This document shows, piece after piece, positions 24,448 to 35,078 of a DNA stretch of 40,737 nucleotides. This DNA is from Geosiphon pyriformis uo1 (taxonomy: Eukaryota > Fungi > Glomeromycota): NCBI GenBank assembly GCA_016748015.1, contig JAAOMT010000578.1:56329-97065 (forward strand). Reading direction: 5' to 3'. Each line of letters opens with the position of its first letter. Position 1 is the first letter of the stretch. The notes beneath the pieces are model-generated. The model was not told the origin of the DNA. It saw only the letters and a list, made by a program, of their open reading frames with translations, and searched no databases. Position numbers and translations under genes: made by a program.

Positions 24448-24460
24448 AAGAAGGGAATAA
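24446..24460 (+). other. Polypurine tract of element B
   Basis: AAAAGAAGGGAA-TAA directly before the 3' LTR TG. Confidence 0.85.
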
Positions 24461-25310
24461 TGTTATGGTTTAAGAATTTAGCAAAAGAATCATAAAAATA
24501 ATATAAACTATTCAATCATAATATAGTGCAGTAATAATCTTAGAAAGGTAATAATTAATATAGTAGCAAACACCATCTTGTGATAATGGCAAGCACCAGT
24601 TCACAATAGCAGCTAACACCAACTGGTGATAACAGCAAACACCAAGTTAAAATATCAAAAAGAAAGTATTACAATGTGTTTTCTCATAGAACTACAAACA
24701 TGTATATATACAGTAGCTTTAATATCGAGAAAAGTCAATCAAGTAATAAAAATCATAACTTATCAAGCAATAGATCCAATTTATCCAATAAACTCCACTT
24801 TAAAATTGTACCTTTAAATCAAAAAGAAATGAAAAAAAATATTTAAAACTGAATTATTACAACCCCAAAGTAGTAAAAAACTCACTTGTATTATTTATTG
24901 AATAAAACTATTATTTATCAGCTGAATCCCTTGGAAAAATAATCCCTGATCAAGATTATTTATGTTGTTACTAATTAATAAAAGCTTTATTGTGAGAATT
25001 AGGAAAAGCACCAAAGGTTATTAACATTCTGTGTTTCTAGATTAGAGAAACACATCAGGCAATTGCAAGGATAGCCTCAGAGAAGACCCCAGACAGTGGA
25101 TAGATTTTAGCTCAGCTTCTGAGAAGAAGTACATAAACACATACAACAATCAGGAATTGAGAAATAACTTACATTGTGACATTAAAAAGAAAGCCTTCAG
25201 TATAACAGTGACATTATTACACAAATAGAATTAAGGAACTCATGAGAGACTGATTGCAATTAAAATGGGATATTGGCAATTAAATATACTAAGAAAACCA
25301 TCCCATAACA
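24461..25310 (+). repeat. Element B 3' LTR
   Basis: Direct repeat of 17293-18142. Confidence 0.97.
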
Positions 25311-25314
25311 ACGG

Positions 25315-25463
25315 TTACCAATAATCAATTGGAAAAAATCACCAATGCTCAATTTGAAGAATTACAGACTCAAATAACACAGGTAATTCTCGAAAACAAA
25401 ATTCAAGAAATACTTCAAAAAAGAGAATTAAAAGAGTTGGATTTCAATGGAGCTTAATATTAA
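25315..25463 (+). pseudogene. Element A integrase ORF, part 2 (end of C-terminal extension)
   Basis: Joins in frame with 17292 (..AMDT-V-TNNQLEKITNAQFEELQTQI..) and stops at TAA 25461-25463, overlapping the PPT. Confidence 0.88.
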
Positions 25464-25476
25464 AAGGAAGAAATAA
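25462..25476 (+). other. Polypurine tract of element A
   Basis: AAAAGGAAGAAA-TAA directly before the 3' LTR TG; same layout as in B. Confidence 0.85.
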
Positions 25477-26339
25477 TGTTACTTATAGAAATATAGGAAA
25501 TATATTAGCATAATTATTAGCCAATCAGAAGTAGACGTAGTAAATGTGAAATTCTAGGATTCCTCTTAGGAATTGCAAGATTCTAGGAATTACAGAATTT
25601 TTACACAAGGAATTGCAGGATTTCAGAATTCCAGGATTCCTCTCAAAGAAATTGCAGGATTCCAGGAATTCCAAGACTCCTGTTATGAAGAATCGAGGAA
25701 TTGAGGAATCTCAATTATGTATATATAGCAGTAGTATTAGAAGCTGAAAATACAAACCTCTCAGTTTAGATTTGATCTAAACAACCTTCCAAACCACAAT
25801 AAATAACTATTTGTTATCTTAAACTTACTTCCACTATCAACTCTTCATGTTGATAATAATTAATACTTAACCACACTGGAACAATAGCTCTTAATTATGG
25901 CTATTGACAGGATACTAATTTGCAATTCGCCTTGACTTAATTTTTTACATTTCTTTATTTTTTTTATTTTTTTTTTTGATTTTATTATTGTATATTAATT
26001 GATTAAAGGTTAAAAGCACTGAGTTATTGACATTATGATAGTCTGATAAAAGACCCAAAAATAAGGATAGAATTATATATATTATTGGATAGCTTATCAG
26101 AAAAGCATGACTGCCAGAATAAATCTGGCCACCAAGCTGAGAAAGAAATTGGGAAACAACTTACAGGAAAACTGCAAATACTATTAACAAGAAATCTCTG
26201 TCCATTATACAAAAGACTCATTTGGAAAAATCTTCAGATATCAACTATTTAAAACTATTATCAACAATGCAAATAGCTTTTGAGCACCAAGTTATGGGTT
26301 TGTTATTTGATCTAAGACCCCAAATAATCACCTGTAACA
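25477..26339 (+). repeat. Element A 3' LTR
   Basis: Direct repeat of 8143-9005. Confidence 0.97.
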
Positions 26340-27599
26340 CCAGTATTAATTACTTAAATTTGGCATAAATTTCTGTAAAAATATTTTAAATAAGTAGTAA
26401 CTGCTTCTATATTACTTTATTTAATAGTAATAAAGCTAATTAACAAGCAATTTATGCTATTATTATTGCTAAAATACTGTAAAAATACAGTTTTAAACAT
26501 GTTGAAATCTTGAAGTTTGTTAACAAATTTTAGTACTATAAATTAGCAGTATTTTAGAAAAAGTACAAAATAGCTTAAAATGCTTTGGCATTATTCTATT
26601 CATTAGTTGTAATGATTTTTTTCATATCATTTAGCCATGTTTAAGTGTTGTTCTCTTTACCAGTGAATTTTTCTAATTTAGCAATTGGTACATATATTAT
26701 TTGTGTGAGTAATAAATATTGTTGTGATTGTTGTTAAGATTATTGTTAAAATTGTTGTTATTGTATAGCAATTAATGCAACTGGTGAATTGATTATAATC
26801 AACTGAAAATAAGTTTTGTTAAAAAATAGAAGTAAGGTTTAGATTGTTCAGGTTTTACAGAGTTTAAACAATTGGAGTTTGTATTTCTGGGTTATCTAAG
26901 ATTAGATTTTAATAATTACTTTCTTAATTATTATCTTTTTTTTCTTTTGATTTAGTTTTTTTTCAAAAACTAGTAGATTCGAAATTTGGTTGAAATGGCA
27001 GTAATCAAAGTCTTAATAGTATTGTTAATTGTGATTTAAATCCTTCAAAGTAATTACTTTACATTTTTAATAATTTGTTTTTTTTTTGTTTATTTTAAAA
27101 TAGTATTCTTGCTAATAATGTTTTTGCAACTGTTATAAATGTGATTGCTAATGTTATGTAGATAATACTTTTAAGTGTATAGTAATATGATAAGTTAATA
27201 AATAAATAACTCTTGGTTTTTTCTAAGTAGACAATTGTATTTTCTTTGATTTTTCTGTTGAAATTTGTAATTTTACTTTTTTTTGTTTGCAAAAGTAATA
27301 AAAAAATTTTGTTGGATGTATTTTTTAATTTTTCTGTTTATTTTTATAATTAGTAGTGCAAACAGATAGTTTAATAAAAATGTAGTGCTTTGTAATAATT
27401 TATTATAAAAATTCTTAAAAGTGGCTTTTAGATTTCTTTGGTCTCTCAAGTAGTATACAATTTTTTTGTTAACATAACAATTAAAAGCTGATTTTGTTGG
27501 CCAATTATTACTGGTCAGTTCAAAATAAGTTTAATTGTGTCAGAATAAAGCTTTTGCAAATTTTAAGTAGTTTGTTTCTATTATTTCTGATTCTGCCAC
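26340..27599 (-). pseudogene. Element C Gag N-terminal part
   Basis: Minus strand AAAAGTGGCAGAATCAGAA at 27603-27585 matches the start of A. PIAKLEKFTG capsid start near 26660-26700. Rejoins 8142 across the CCAG TSD. Confidence 0.87.
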
Positions 27600-27663
27600 T
27601 TTTCTGAATAATTGCTGTTAACACTAGTTTTCTGTTAAATTATATCTTACAAAGAACACCAAA

Positions 27664-28512
27664 TATTACAAATAATTATTTGGAATGTTCAAACAAATAA
27701 TAAACTTATAACTTAATGCTTAATAGCTGAAAATATTGGTAATTTTTGAAGATTTTGGAATCTAAAAGTTTTGGTTAAGTTCTTTAAATAATAAACAGAA
27801 ATTCAATTAATAATTTCTTTTGTAAATTTTTTTTTTAGCATAATAACCAGTTTATTTTAGCAATCATGTTCTTTTAATAAGCTATTCTTAAATTTTTTAC
27901 CTTTGTTTTCAGGTTTTTTATTATGTTATTTTTGATGTTAATTACTTAGTACTTAATTTTTTTAATTAATTAATAAACAACAAAAAAATAAAATAAAATA
28001 AAATAAAAAAATTAAGAAAAAAAAAATAAAAAATTAGTATCTTATTAATAGTTATAATTAAAAACTATTGTTTTAGTATAGTTAAGTATTAAAGTTTATT
28101 AATATGAGTTATTAATAATAGAAAAGTAATTAATATTTTTAATTAAATAACAATAATATAGATTGGATAATAATTAAATATTTTATTAATATTAATATAA
28201 TTTCACTTTAAGTCATAGAAAACTATCTTTTAAAAGAAGAAGTATAAAATAAGTAGTTATTACTAGCTATTGTTCTATTTAAATTGAATATTTTTTCTGT
28301 TTTTAATACTTTTATTATATATACATAATTCATATTATACAAGATTTCTTAAAATTTTTCAATTTTTTAACAAAAATTCTGAAATTTTTTAAGAAGAATT
28401 CTGAAATTCTATAATTCTTTAAGAGAAATTCTGAAATTTTTTTTTTTACTACATTTATTTTTGATTGGCTATTTTATCTACTTATTATAATTTTTAACTT
28501 TAATGAATAATA
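27664..28512 (-). repeat. Element C 5' LTR (about 849 bp, strongly decayed)
   Basis: Same ordered motifs as the A LTR on the minus strand; followed by PBS and gag. The outer boundary at 28512 is inferred from the decayed terminus tattattcat. Confidence 0.85.
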
Positions 28513-28549
28513 TTAGCTATTGACTAATCCAAATTCATATAAGAATATA

Positions 28550-29030
28550 TGTACATACTTTTAATGTAATTCTATAATCTTTTAATATTTTAAAAAATCT
28601 GTTTACAATATTTATTCTATTATGTTGTTCATTTATTAATCTAAAATCAATTATTGTTTATTGAAGATCCCAATTGTCATTAATATAATGAGCAATAATA
28701 AAAACAAAGATTTGTTATTAAAAAATATCCAAAAATTTAATATAAAGAATATTTTGGCCTTGATAATATCTAAATATATCTATTATATTATAAGTATGAA
28801 TAAAAAAAAAAGACATTTTATAATAAAAATACTATTTACTTTTAATTTTTGTCTATTCAAAACATAGAATTCTATGACTCTATTTTTAATTGTATTAGCA
28901 CAAACAAGTTAAAAAGTAAAATTCAAATATTAAAATATATCAATTAATTCAAAGTTTTTTACTATAAGAAATAGTTGTTGGCAGTTAATAAGCCAAATAA
29001 TAATTATGTTATAAAGTTTTTTATTATTAA
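28550..29030 (-). pseudogene. hAT-superfamily transposase remnant, apparently intron-containing
   Basis: Minus strand reads IIIWLINCQQLFLIVKNFELIDIF...CANTIKNRV, then IAHYINDNWDLQ*TIIDFRLINEQHNRINIV..FFKILKDYRI. These resemble hAT/ZBED P-F-x-x-VE and TAHYID..W...H-T-G-x-N-I motifs after C>T/G>A decay. Confidence 0.7.
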
Positions 29031-29489
29031 TATCAATAGTAATTATTATGAAAAACTAGAGCAGTTTTCTAATTAAATTGGCCAAAAATTATTAAATAAA
29101 ATAACAATTTTATTTGTTAAAACATTTCTTCAATTAACTTGTAATTTTTCTGAATATTTTGTTTTTTTTTATGATATTTTTCTATTATAACATATACTGT
29201 TTAATAAAAAGTTTTTAAATAATGTTATAAAAATTTGGTAGTGTTCATAATTCTACAAAAAAATGGTTTATGTACACATTTTGAGACTGTATATTTAGCT
29301 GGTTTTTTTTGTTTACTTAAACTTATTAAAATAGTCTTATATATACTTTAAAAACTACTAAATATATTAATATTTGGATTATTTAGATTATTAAATTTCA
29401 TTATTTCAGATTTTGAATCTTTAGTAATATTAAATAATATTAACAATGAATTTATTTTGGTAAGTTGAAGAGTAGAATTATTATATATT

Positions 29490-32400
29490 TATGGTTCTGA
29501 ATAGAGATTTTAATAAAAATAAATTTAAAGAAATTGTAAGTTTTAAGTTTTGTGTGAATTTGGGTTTGGTTAATTTTTTTAGTAAATATTTACTGATTAA
29601 AACTTTTATTTAATACAACTTTAAAAGTGTTAAAAAGGTTATAGATTACATTTTTGTAAATAAAAATTTGTTATTTGCAATCATTAAACATAGAATTAAC
29701 TTTGTATTTGACTTCTTTAATATTAATTACAAAACTGATTTGGTTTTGGTTGGTCTGAATGGCTTTTTAAAAGTTTGTTTGAATAATATACACAAGCAAA
29801 TTAATAAAAATTATTGAAAATTTAAAATTGAAAATGCTAATAGTAGTAAATGAAATAATTTTCATAATTTTTTTTTAATTAAACTCTCTTTAATAATAAA
29901 TAAGTTCAATAAAACAAGTAAAAAAAGTAATCTAAATATTATATAAAANNNNNNNNNNNNNNNNNNNNNNNNNNNNNNNNNNNNNNNNNNNNNNNNNNNN
30001 NNNNNNNNNNNNNNNNNNNNNNNNNNNNNNNNNNNNNNNNNNNNNNNNNNNNNNNNNNNNNNNNNNNNNNNNNNNNNNNNNNNNNNNNNNNNNNNNNNNN
30101 NNNNNNNNNGTTTAAAACTGTTAAAACAATTATTATTAAATAAGCAATTAAAAAAAAAATGGAAAATATTTGTTTGAATAAAGACTGCATAATCAGAAAT
30201 ATGTTGAAAAAACTGTTTTATAAGATAGTATTAGATTATTTAATAGTTAATGAAAAACTGGTTTTGAAGCCTAATAAAATTAAATCTAAAATTGATGTTA
30301 TTATAAAAAATTAAACCAAAAAGTATATAGTTTTTGGGTTATTGTTAAGGCTTTGTATTAATCAATATACTTTTTTGAATTGTGTAAACAATAAAGTCGT
30401 TTTAAAAGTTATAAGTATTATTGGTTTAAAAAAATTGGTTTATATAATAAAAAATTTACTAGATAGAAAGGCTGTTAATTTAAATAATATCTTAAATAAA
30501 CTGTAGAAACATTGTAATAAGAATATTATTAGATGTTTTTTAGTCTTTTTGAACTCATATTTATCTTTGAGTATAATGCCAATTTTATAAAAAAAGACAT
30601 AAATCTTAATAATATCTAAATTTTATGAATAGAATAAAGTTTTTAAAAACACTAAACTGATCACTTTAATTGAAACAGTTAAGAAAATTTTAAATTTTTT
30701 TTTTTAAATTGGATCTTATCTGCATACAGTTGATTTAATGTTCTTTGTAAGAACAATTTTTTTGTTTTAAAGAATACTTTAATGCAGTTTTTTGTTTTTG
30801 TTGTTGATTCAATAATTAAAAATGCTTTAAAAAAAAATAGAGAAATTTGGTTAGTATTATAAAACATGTACAAAGCATATAATTCTGTTGGTTAGTCCTA
30901 TTTAAAAACCAGTTTGCAGCATATTAAAATATGTGAAAAATTTATTAATTTCTTTTGGCAGCATTTATAAAAACAGAATAAATAGAGTTATAACAGACTT
31001 TGTTCTTATATATAGATATTGAGTACATAATAAATTAGATTAAAATAAGATATTTTCTCTTTTTTTTAAAAAAAATTTCTATAATTCTCTTTTATATAAG
31101 ATTAAAAAACATAAAAATTTGTATAGATATTAGATTAATACCAGATTCATAACCAAAACAAGAAAAATAGATGTCAAAAGAAAAAAATTTTTTTTTTTAC
31201 AACTGGTGCTTTTGTTAATAATACTATCTGAATTAAAAATAGTCAGACTTTTATGCAATATATATTGAATATTACCAGTAAATTTTTTTTATTTAATAAT
31301 ATTTCAATTAATAATAATAAAACAATAGCTATTTTTATTAATTAACAGATTAAAAATGCTTTTTTAAAAATTAGTGAACTACCAATTTTAATTGCCAAAA
31401 GTAAAGTACTACATAGATATTTGGAGATTTTTTTATTAACAGATAATTTGTCAAAACCTAATATAACTAAAATTCAGTCTAATATCAAGTTTTTTTTAAA
31501 TGTAGTATTAAGAAAAACTGTTATAGATAAATAATTTTCTTATCTGGTTTTAACTGTTCTGTAATTTATAGTTGAGTATTGATTACAGTTCAGTTTTGTT
31601 TCTTCTGAAGTTTATTGCCAATAAAATATTATAGTCAAAAAAAATCTTAGATTAAAAGCTGGTCTATTTTACAATTTTTTTAATAATACACTATATTAAT
31701 TTTTATTGTATAATCTAAAACATTTGAGCAAGTTTAAACCAAAAAAAAAATTGCTTTAATTGTTGTTTTTGTAAATACTGCTGATATTCTTAATTAATTC
31801 TTTAATCATAGATTTTTGGATTTGCAGATTCTGAACTGAACTTTTTTGAATTTCTTGCAACATCCAATTTGGTTGTTAGTTGGTTTTTTTAACAATTTTT
31901 TGGTTAAAATAGTGTGTATTTTTTTGACAATAATCTTTTGTTGGTAAATAATTTGTCTTGTGCATTTTTTAATTTTGACAAATTTTTTATTTCAAGTATT
32001 CTGAAAGCTTTTTTGTATTTTGATAAGATTGGTTCTTTAAAGAGATTTGAAATAGTTTTTTGTAATAGGCTTTTGAATAAAAAGAGCAAAATAATAAATT
32101 AAAAGACATTTTGCTATTAAAAAATATTAGATTCTAAAAGACTTGTGTTTTTTTGGTTTGTTTTGGCATCAAAGTTTTTACATAGTTTTAATCTTATGTT
32201 AACACCTTTTGGTATAATTTTTGAATTGGTAAATGATAGTATTTTGTTGTTAAATGAATTTTTAATACTGAAGAAGTGTTTGCATAAAATCTAATCAAAT
32301 GAGATCAATATGTATATTAATAGAATTTTAAAAAATTTAGGTTTTTCTGTTATTACTAATAAAGCTGCTGCATATTTTTCTAAAGTGGATTTGGGAGTTG

Positions 32401-32650
32401 AGATTAAAATTCATGGATTATTGTCATTAATATTAACCAAATTACATGCTGTAGCTTTTTTTTTAAAGTGTATATCTTTTTTTTGTGCTGTAATAATATA
32501 TTTAAATAGCCAAACTATCATAAATGCTTGTATTTTAGAATTAAAGTTGTTGAGTTCTGATTTTTATAATCACTATTAGATGAAAAAAACATATTTACAA
32601 ACTTAATTAGAGATAAAAATCTTTTAGTAATTTGGTTAAAAACTAAGAAA
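29490..32650 (+). mobile_element. Decayed non-LTR retrotransposon (LINE) ORF2: AP endonuclease - RT - RNase H; spans an assembly gap; both ends uncertain
   Basis: RDFNK (GDFN) near 29505 and KVIDYIFV near 29640 (APE). EIWLVL*NMYKAYNSVG (D..KAYDSV) near 30850-30890 and GAFVNNTI (FVDD) near 31205-31228 (RT). ORF 32310 MYINRILK..TKLHAV..YLNSQ is a decayed VYTDGS..AELQA..SDSQ RNase H. Confidence 0.85.
29949..30109. other. Assembly gap (N run)
   Basis: Run of n. Confidence 1.
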
Positions 32651-32990
32651 CTATTGCCAAAAAAACCAAAACTCTTATACAAAAATTTAATTTTTTAAAT
32701 ATAAAGCTTATTTTATCTTATATATTATATATTCTATTTATAAAAGACTTCAACAAACTATGATGTAAATTATTTATAATTATCAAAAATATAGATCAGT
32801 CCGAAATTTTAAATGATAATCTTTATATGTTTTTATTTATATAGTTAAATTTTATTGGTCAATATACATGTGTTTTTAATATATTATTTATAATAAAAAA
32901 TAAAATTTTATTAAATTTTATATAATATAAAACCAAATACAATATTACAAAGTTTGAATATTATTTAATTTATTTAATTCTTTAAGAATA

Positions 32991-35078
32991 TTATCTGAAT
33001 TTTCTATAAGATTTATACTTTTTTATAGCATGTTCTACTAATTTTCTACTAATATTTTTTTTATAAAAATTCATATAACACCAATATTTTCTTGAAAATT
33101 GTTTAATAGTTATTAAAAATATTGATTCAAAACTTTTAGACACTGTTTTTTGTAATCTTTTCCATAAATAATCATATTTGTCATATATATATCTTTTAGC
33201 AGCTCTCCAATATTTTTCAATAAAATATAATTCACAATAAAATTTTGAAAAAAAATGCACTTATGTTTCATACTTTTAATTAATTTTTCAATTGTATTTT
33301 TTAAGTAAGAAAATCAAATTCCAAAAATATTACTTAACATGCACAACAAGAAACTTTTAAAGAAGCTTTGATTTTTTCTTTGTATTTTTAACTTTCTAAT
33401 ATTAATTTTTTTGCTGGCTATTTTTTTTATTCTATTAATACTTGTTTAATTTCTTTAGGCAATTTTCAAAGTTTTTCATCTGAATATGCTTCCAGAAAGA
33501 TTATCAATTGTAATTAATTATCTAATCTAAAAGAAGTATTTTATATTAATGATTGCTTTTTACCTGGACTTAAATTTATCCTGCTTATAATTAAAACATC
33601 TTTACTAAATGCTGTATAATTAAAGCTATTATTAAAAGCAAATATGGCTGTACAATCTGAATATAATTTCTCAAAAATTGGAATTGCTTTATATTTAATT
33701 GTTTAAGAAGATGGTTTGCTGTCCAATAACTATTTTAATTTATATCAAGTTGCAAATAGTATTGTGCTTTTTTCGGTATATTAAAATAGTTTTCTATATT
33801 ATTTTGTTGTAAATATAAACATCTATTAATTTCAGTTAGAAATTCACTGACCATAATTGATCTTTTATTTTTTTTTTCTTAGTGGCAAATTTCTATGTTT
33901 AGTTTATATATTATGCTTATTATTATTTAAATAAAAATATATTTATTATAGATTATAAGAACTCTTTTTTTTCATTAAGTAAATTAGGGCATATTTAATC
34001 TATAAATTCATCTTTATACTTTAATATATACTTTTTATGCTCATATATTTTTTCTAAAATTTTTTTTCAAGATTACAAGACATTATTTTTTTATGTTTAT
34101 TATAATATAAGTTTTGATAATGTTGTTGGAATAAATAACTAAGAATTTTGAATTATCTTACTGCAGTTGTAAAACTAATAGTTTTTTTTTCATTATTCCA
34201 ATATTAAGAAACAATTTATGCTTGATGAATTTTTTAAATGTGACTAAAATAGCATTAAAGTTTTGGTTTCTAATTTAAATATAACATCTTTCTATAATAT
34301 TTTTATTATTAATTATTTTAATTATTTTTAAGTGTTTTCTATGTTTTAATATTAGAAGCTTATTATTAAGCAATTAATACTTTGCAAAATATTGAATTTT
34401 TCATCCTTTTCATACACTACTATTAATAAAAACTTTCTGAAAAATTTTCAAACTGTCATTAATTTTTTTATGTTCATTATTATCATTTAACAAGGTAAGA
34501 TATTCAAAAATAGCTTTTTTTTGATTATATTTGAAAACAGTTAACTAAGTATGTTGTTTTTTTAAATGTTTTTTTAACTTTTGCTCTTTTTTTATTCGAC
34601 TAGTATACAGATCAACCTTACTTTCTGAATTGCTTAAAGATTTATTAGATTTAAACTATTGTAAATCTGTAGTTTAAGCACCACTAATATTAAAAAAAGT
34701 GGTAATTTTTTAGTTCTAACTGCTGCTTTGGTGAATAAACTATTTGGTTTATATTTATTGTAATAAGTTAACTTTGGTATCTTTTTTGTTATATAAGAAT
34801 CTCACTTCTTTTTTTAGATAATTGTTATTTTTCTATACTAAACTAAGTTTTTTTAATTTTGTATTTATTCTAATTACAGCTTTTATATCTTCTGTATTAT
34901 CTTATCCACTGTTATTATTATTGCCCTATTCTTTATTACTAACATCTAGTCTGTTAAATTCATTTACTTTAATATTATAATTATTTATTGAAATGATATA
35001 ATGTGTTTTTTTATATGATTTTTTTGTATTTCTAACTTGATCTTTAGCTTTTCTTTTTTTTTTAAAATAAAGTGGCAT
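32991..35078 (-). pseudogene. IS630/Tc1/mariner-type DDE transposase remnant of the fungal PKFHCELNxIE class
   Basis: SKFYCELYFIEKYW (decayed PKFHCELNFIERYW), KAIPIFEKLYSDCTAIFAFNNS (FDNS), SIMVSEFL, C-terminal KKYKSYRK. Candidate ATG at 35078. Confidence 0.8.

Larger units (their letters stand above)
17293..25310 (+). mobile_element. Nested Ty3/Gypsy LTR retrotransposon of a sister family (element B, 8018 bp) with dUTPase and an internally deleted integrase
   Basis: 850-bp LTRs 17293-18142 and 24461-25310 (TGTTATGG...TAACA). TSD ACGG at 17289-17292 and 25311-25314. LTR sequence shows no obvious similarity to A beyond the termini, but the proteins are homologous throughout. Confidence 0.97.
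8143..26339 (+). mobile_element. Full-length Ty3/Gypsy LTR retrotransposon with dUTPase (element A; about 10.2 kb once nested element B is removed), inserted antisense into gag of element C
   Basis: Two 863-bp direct repeats with TG..CA ends (8143-9005, 25477-26339). TSD CCAG at 8139-8142 and 26340-26343. PBS and PPT present. Domain order PR-RT-RH-IN. Confidence 0.97.
1..28512 (-). mobile_element. Old, heavily decayed Ty3/Gypsy LTR retrotransposon (element C), interrupted by two solo LTRs and element A; 3' end lies beyond the left window edge
   Basis: The reverse complement of 1-8142 and 26340-27663 is colinear with element A (gag, protease, dUTPase, RT, RNase H, integrase). 5' LTR at 27664-28512 is followed on the minus strand by the PBS-like TTTGGTGTTCTTTGTAAG. 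Flanks of each insertion rejoin into continuous coding sequence. Confidence 0.92.

Noticed and set aside
29939-30190. ORF spanning the N run
   Set aside because: Artefact of the assembly gap.
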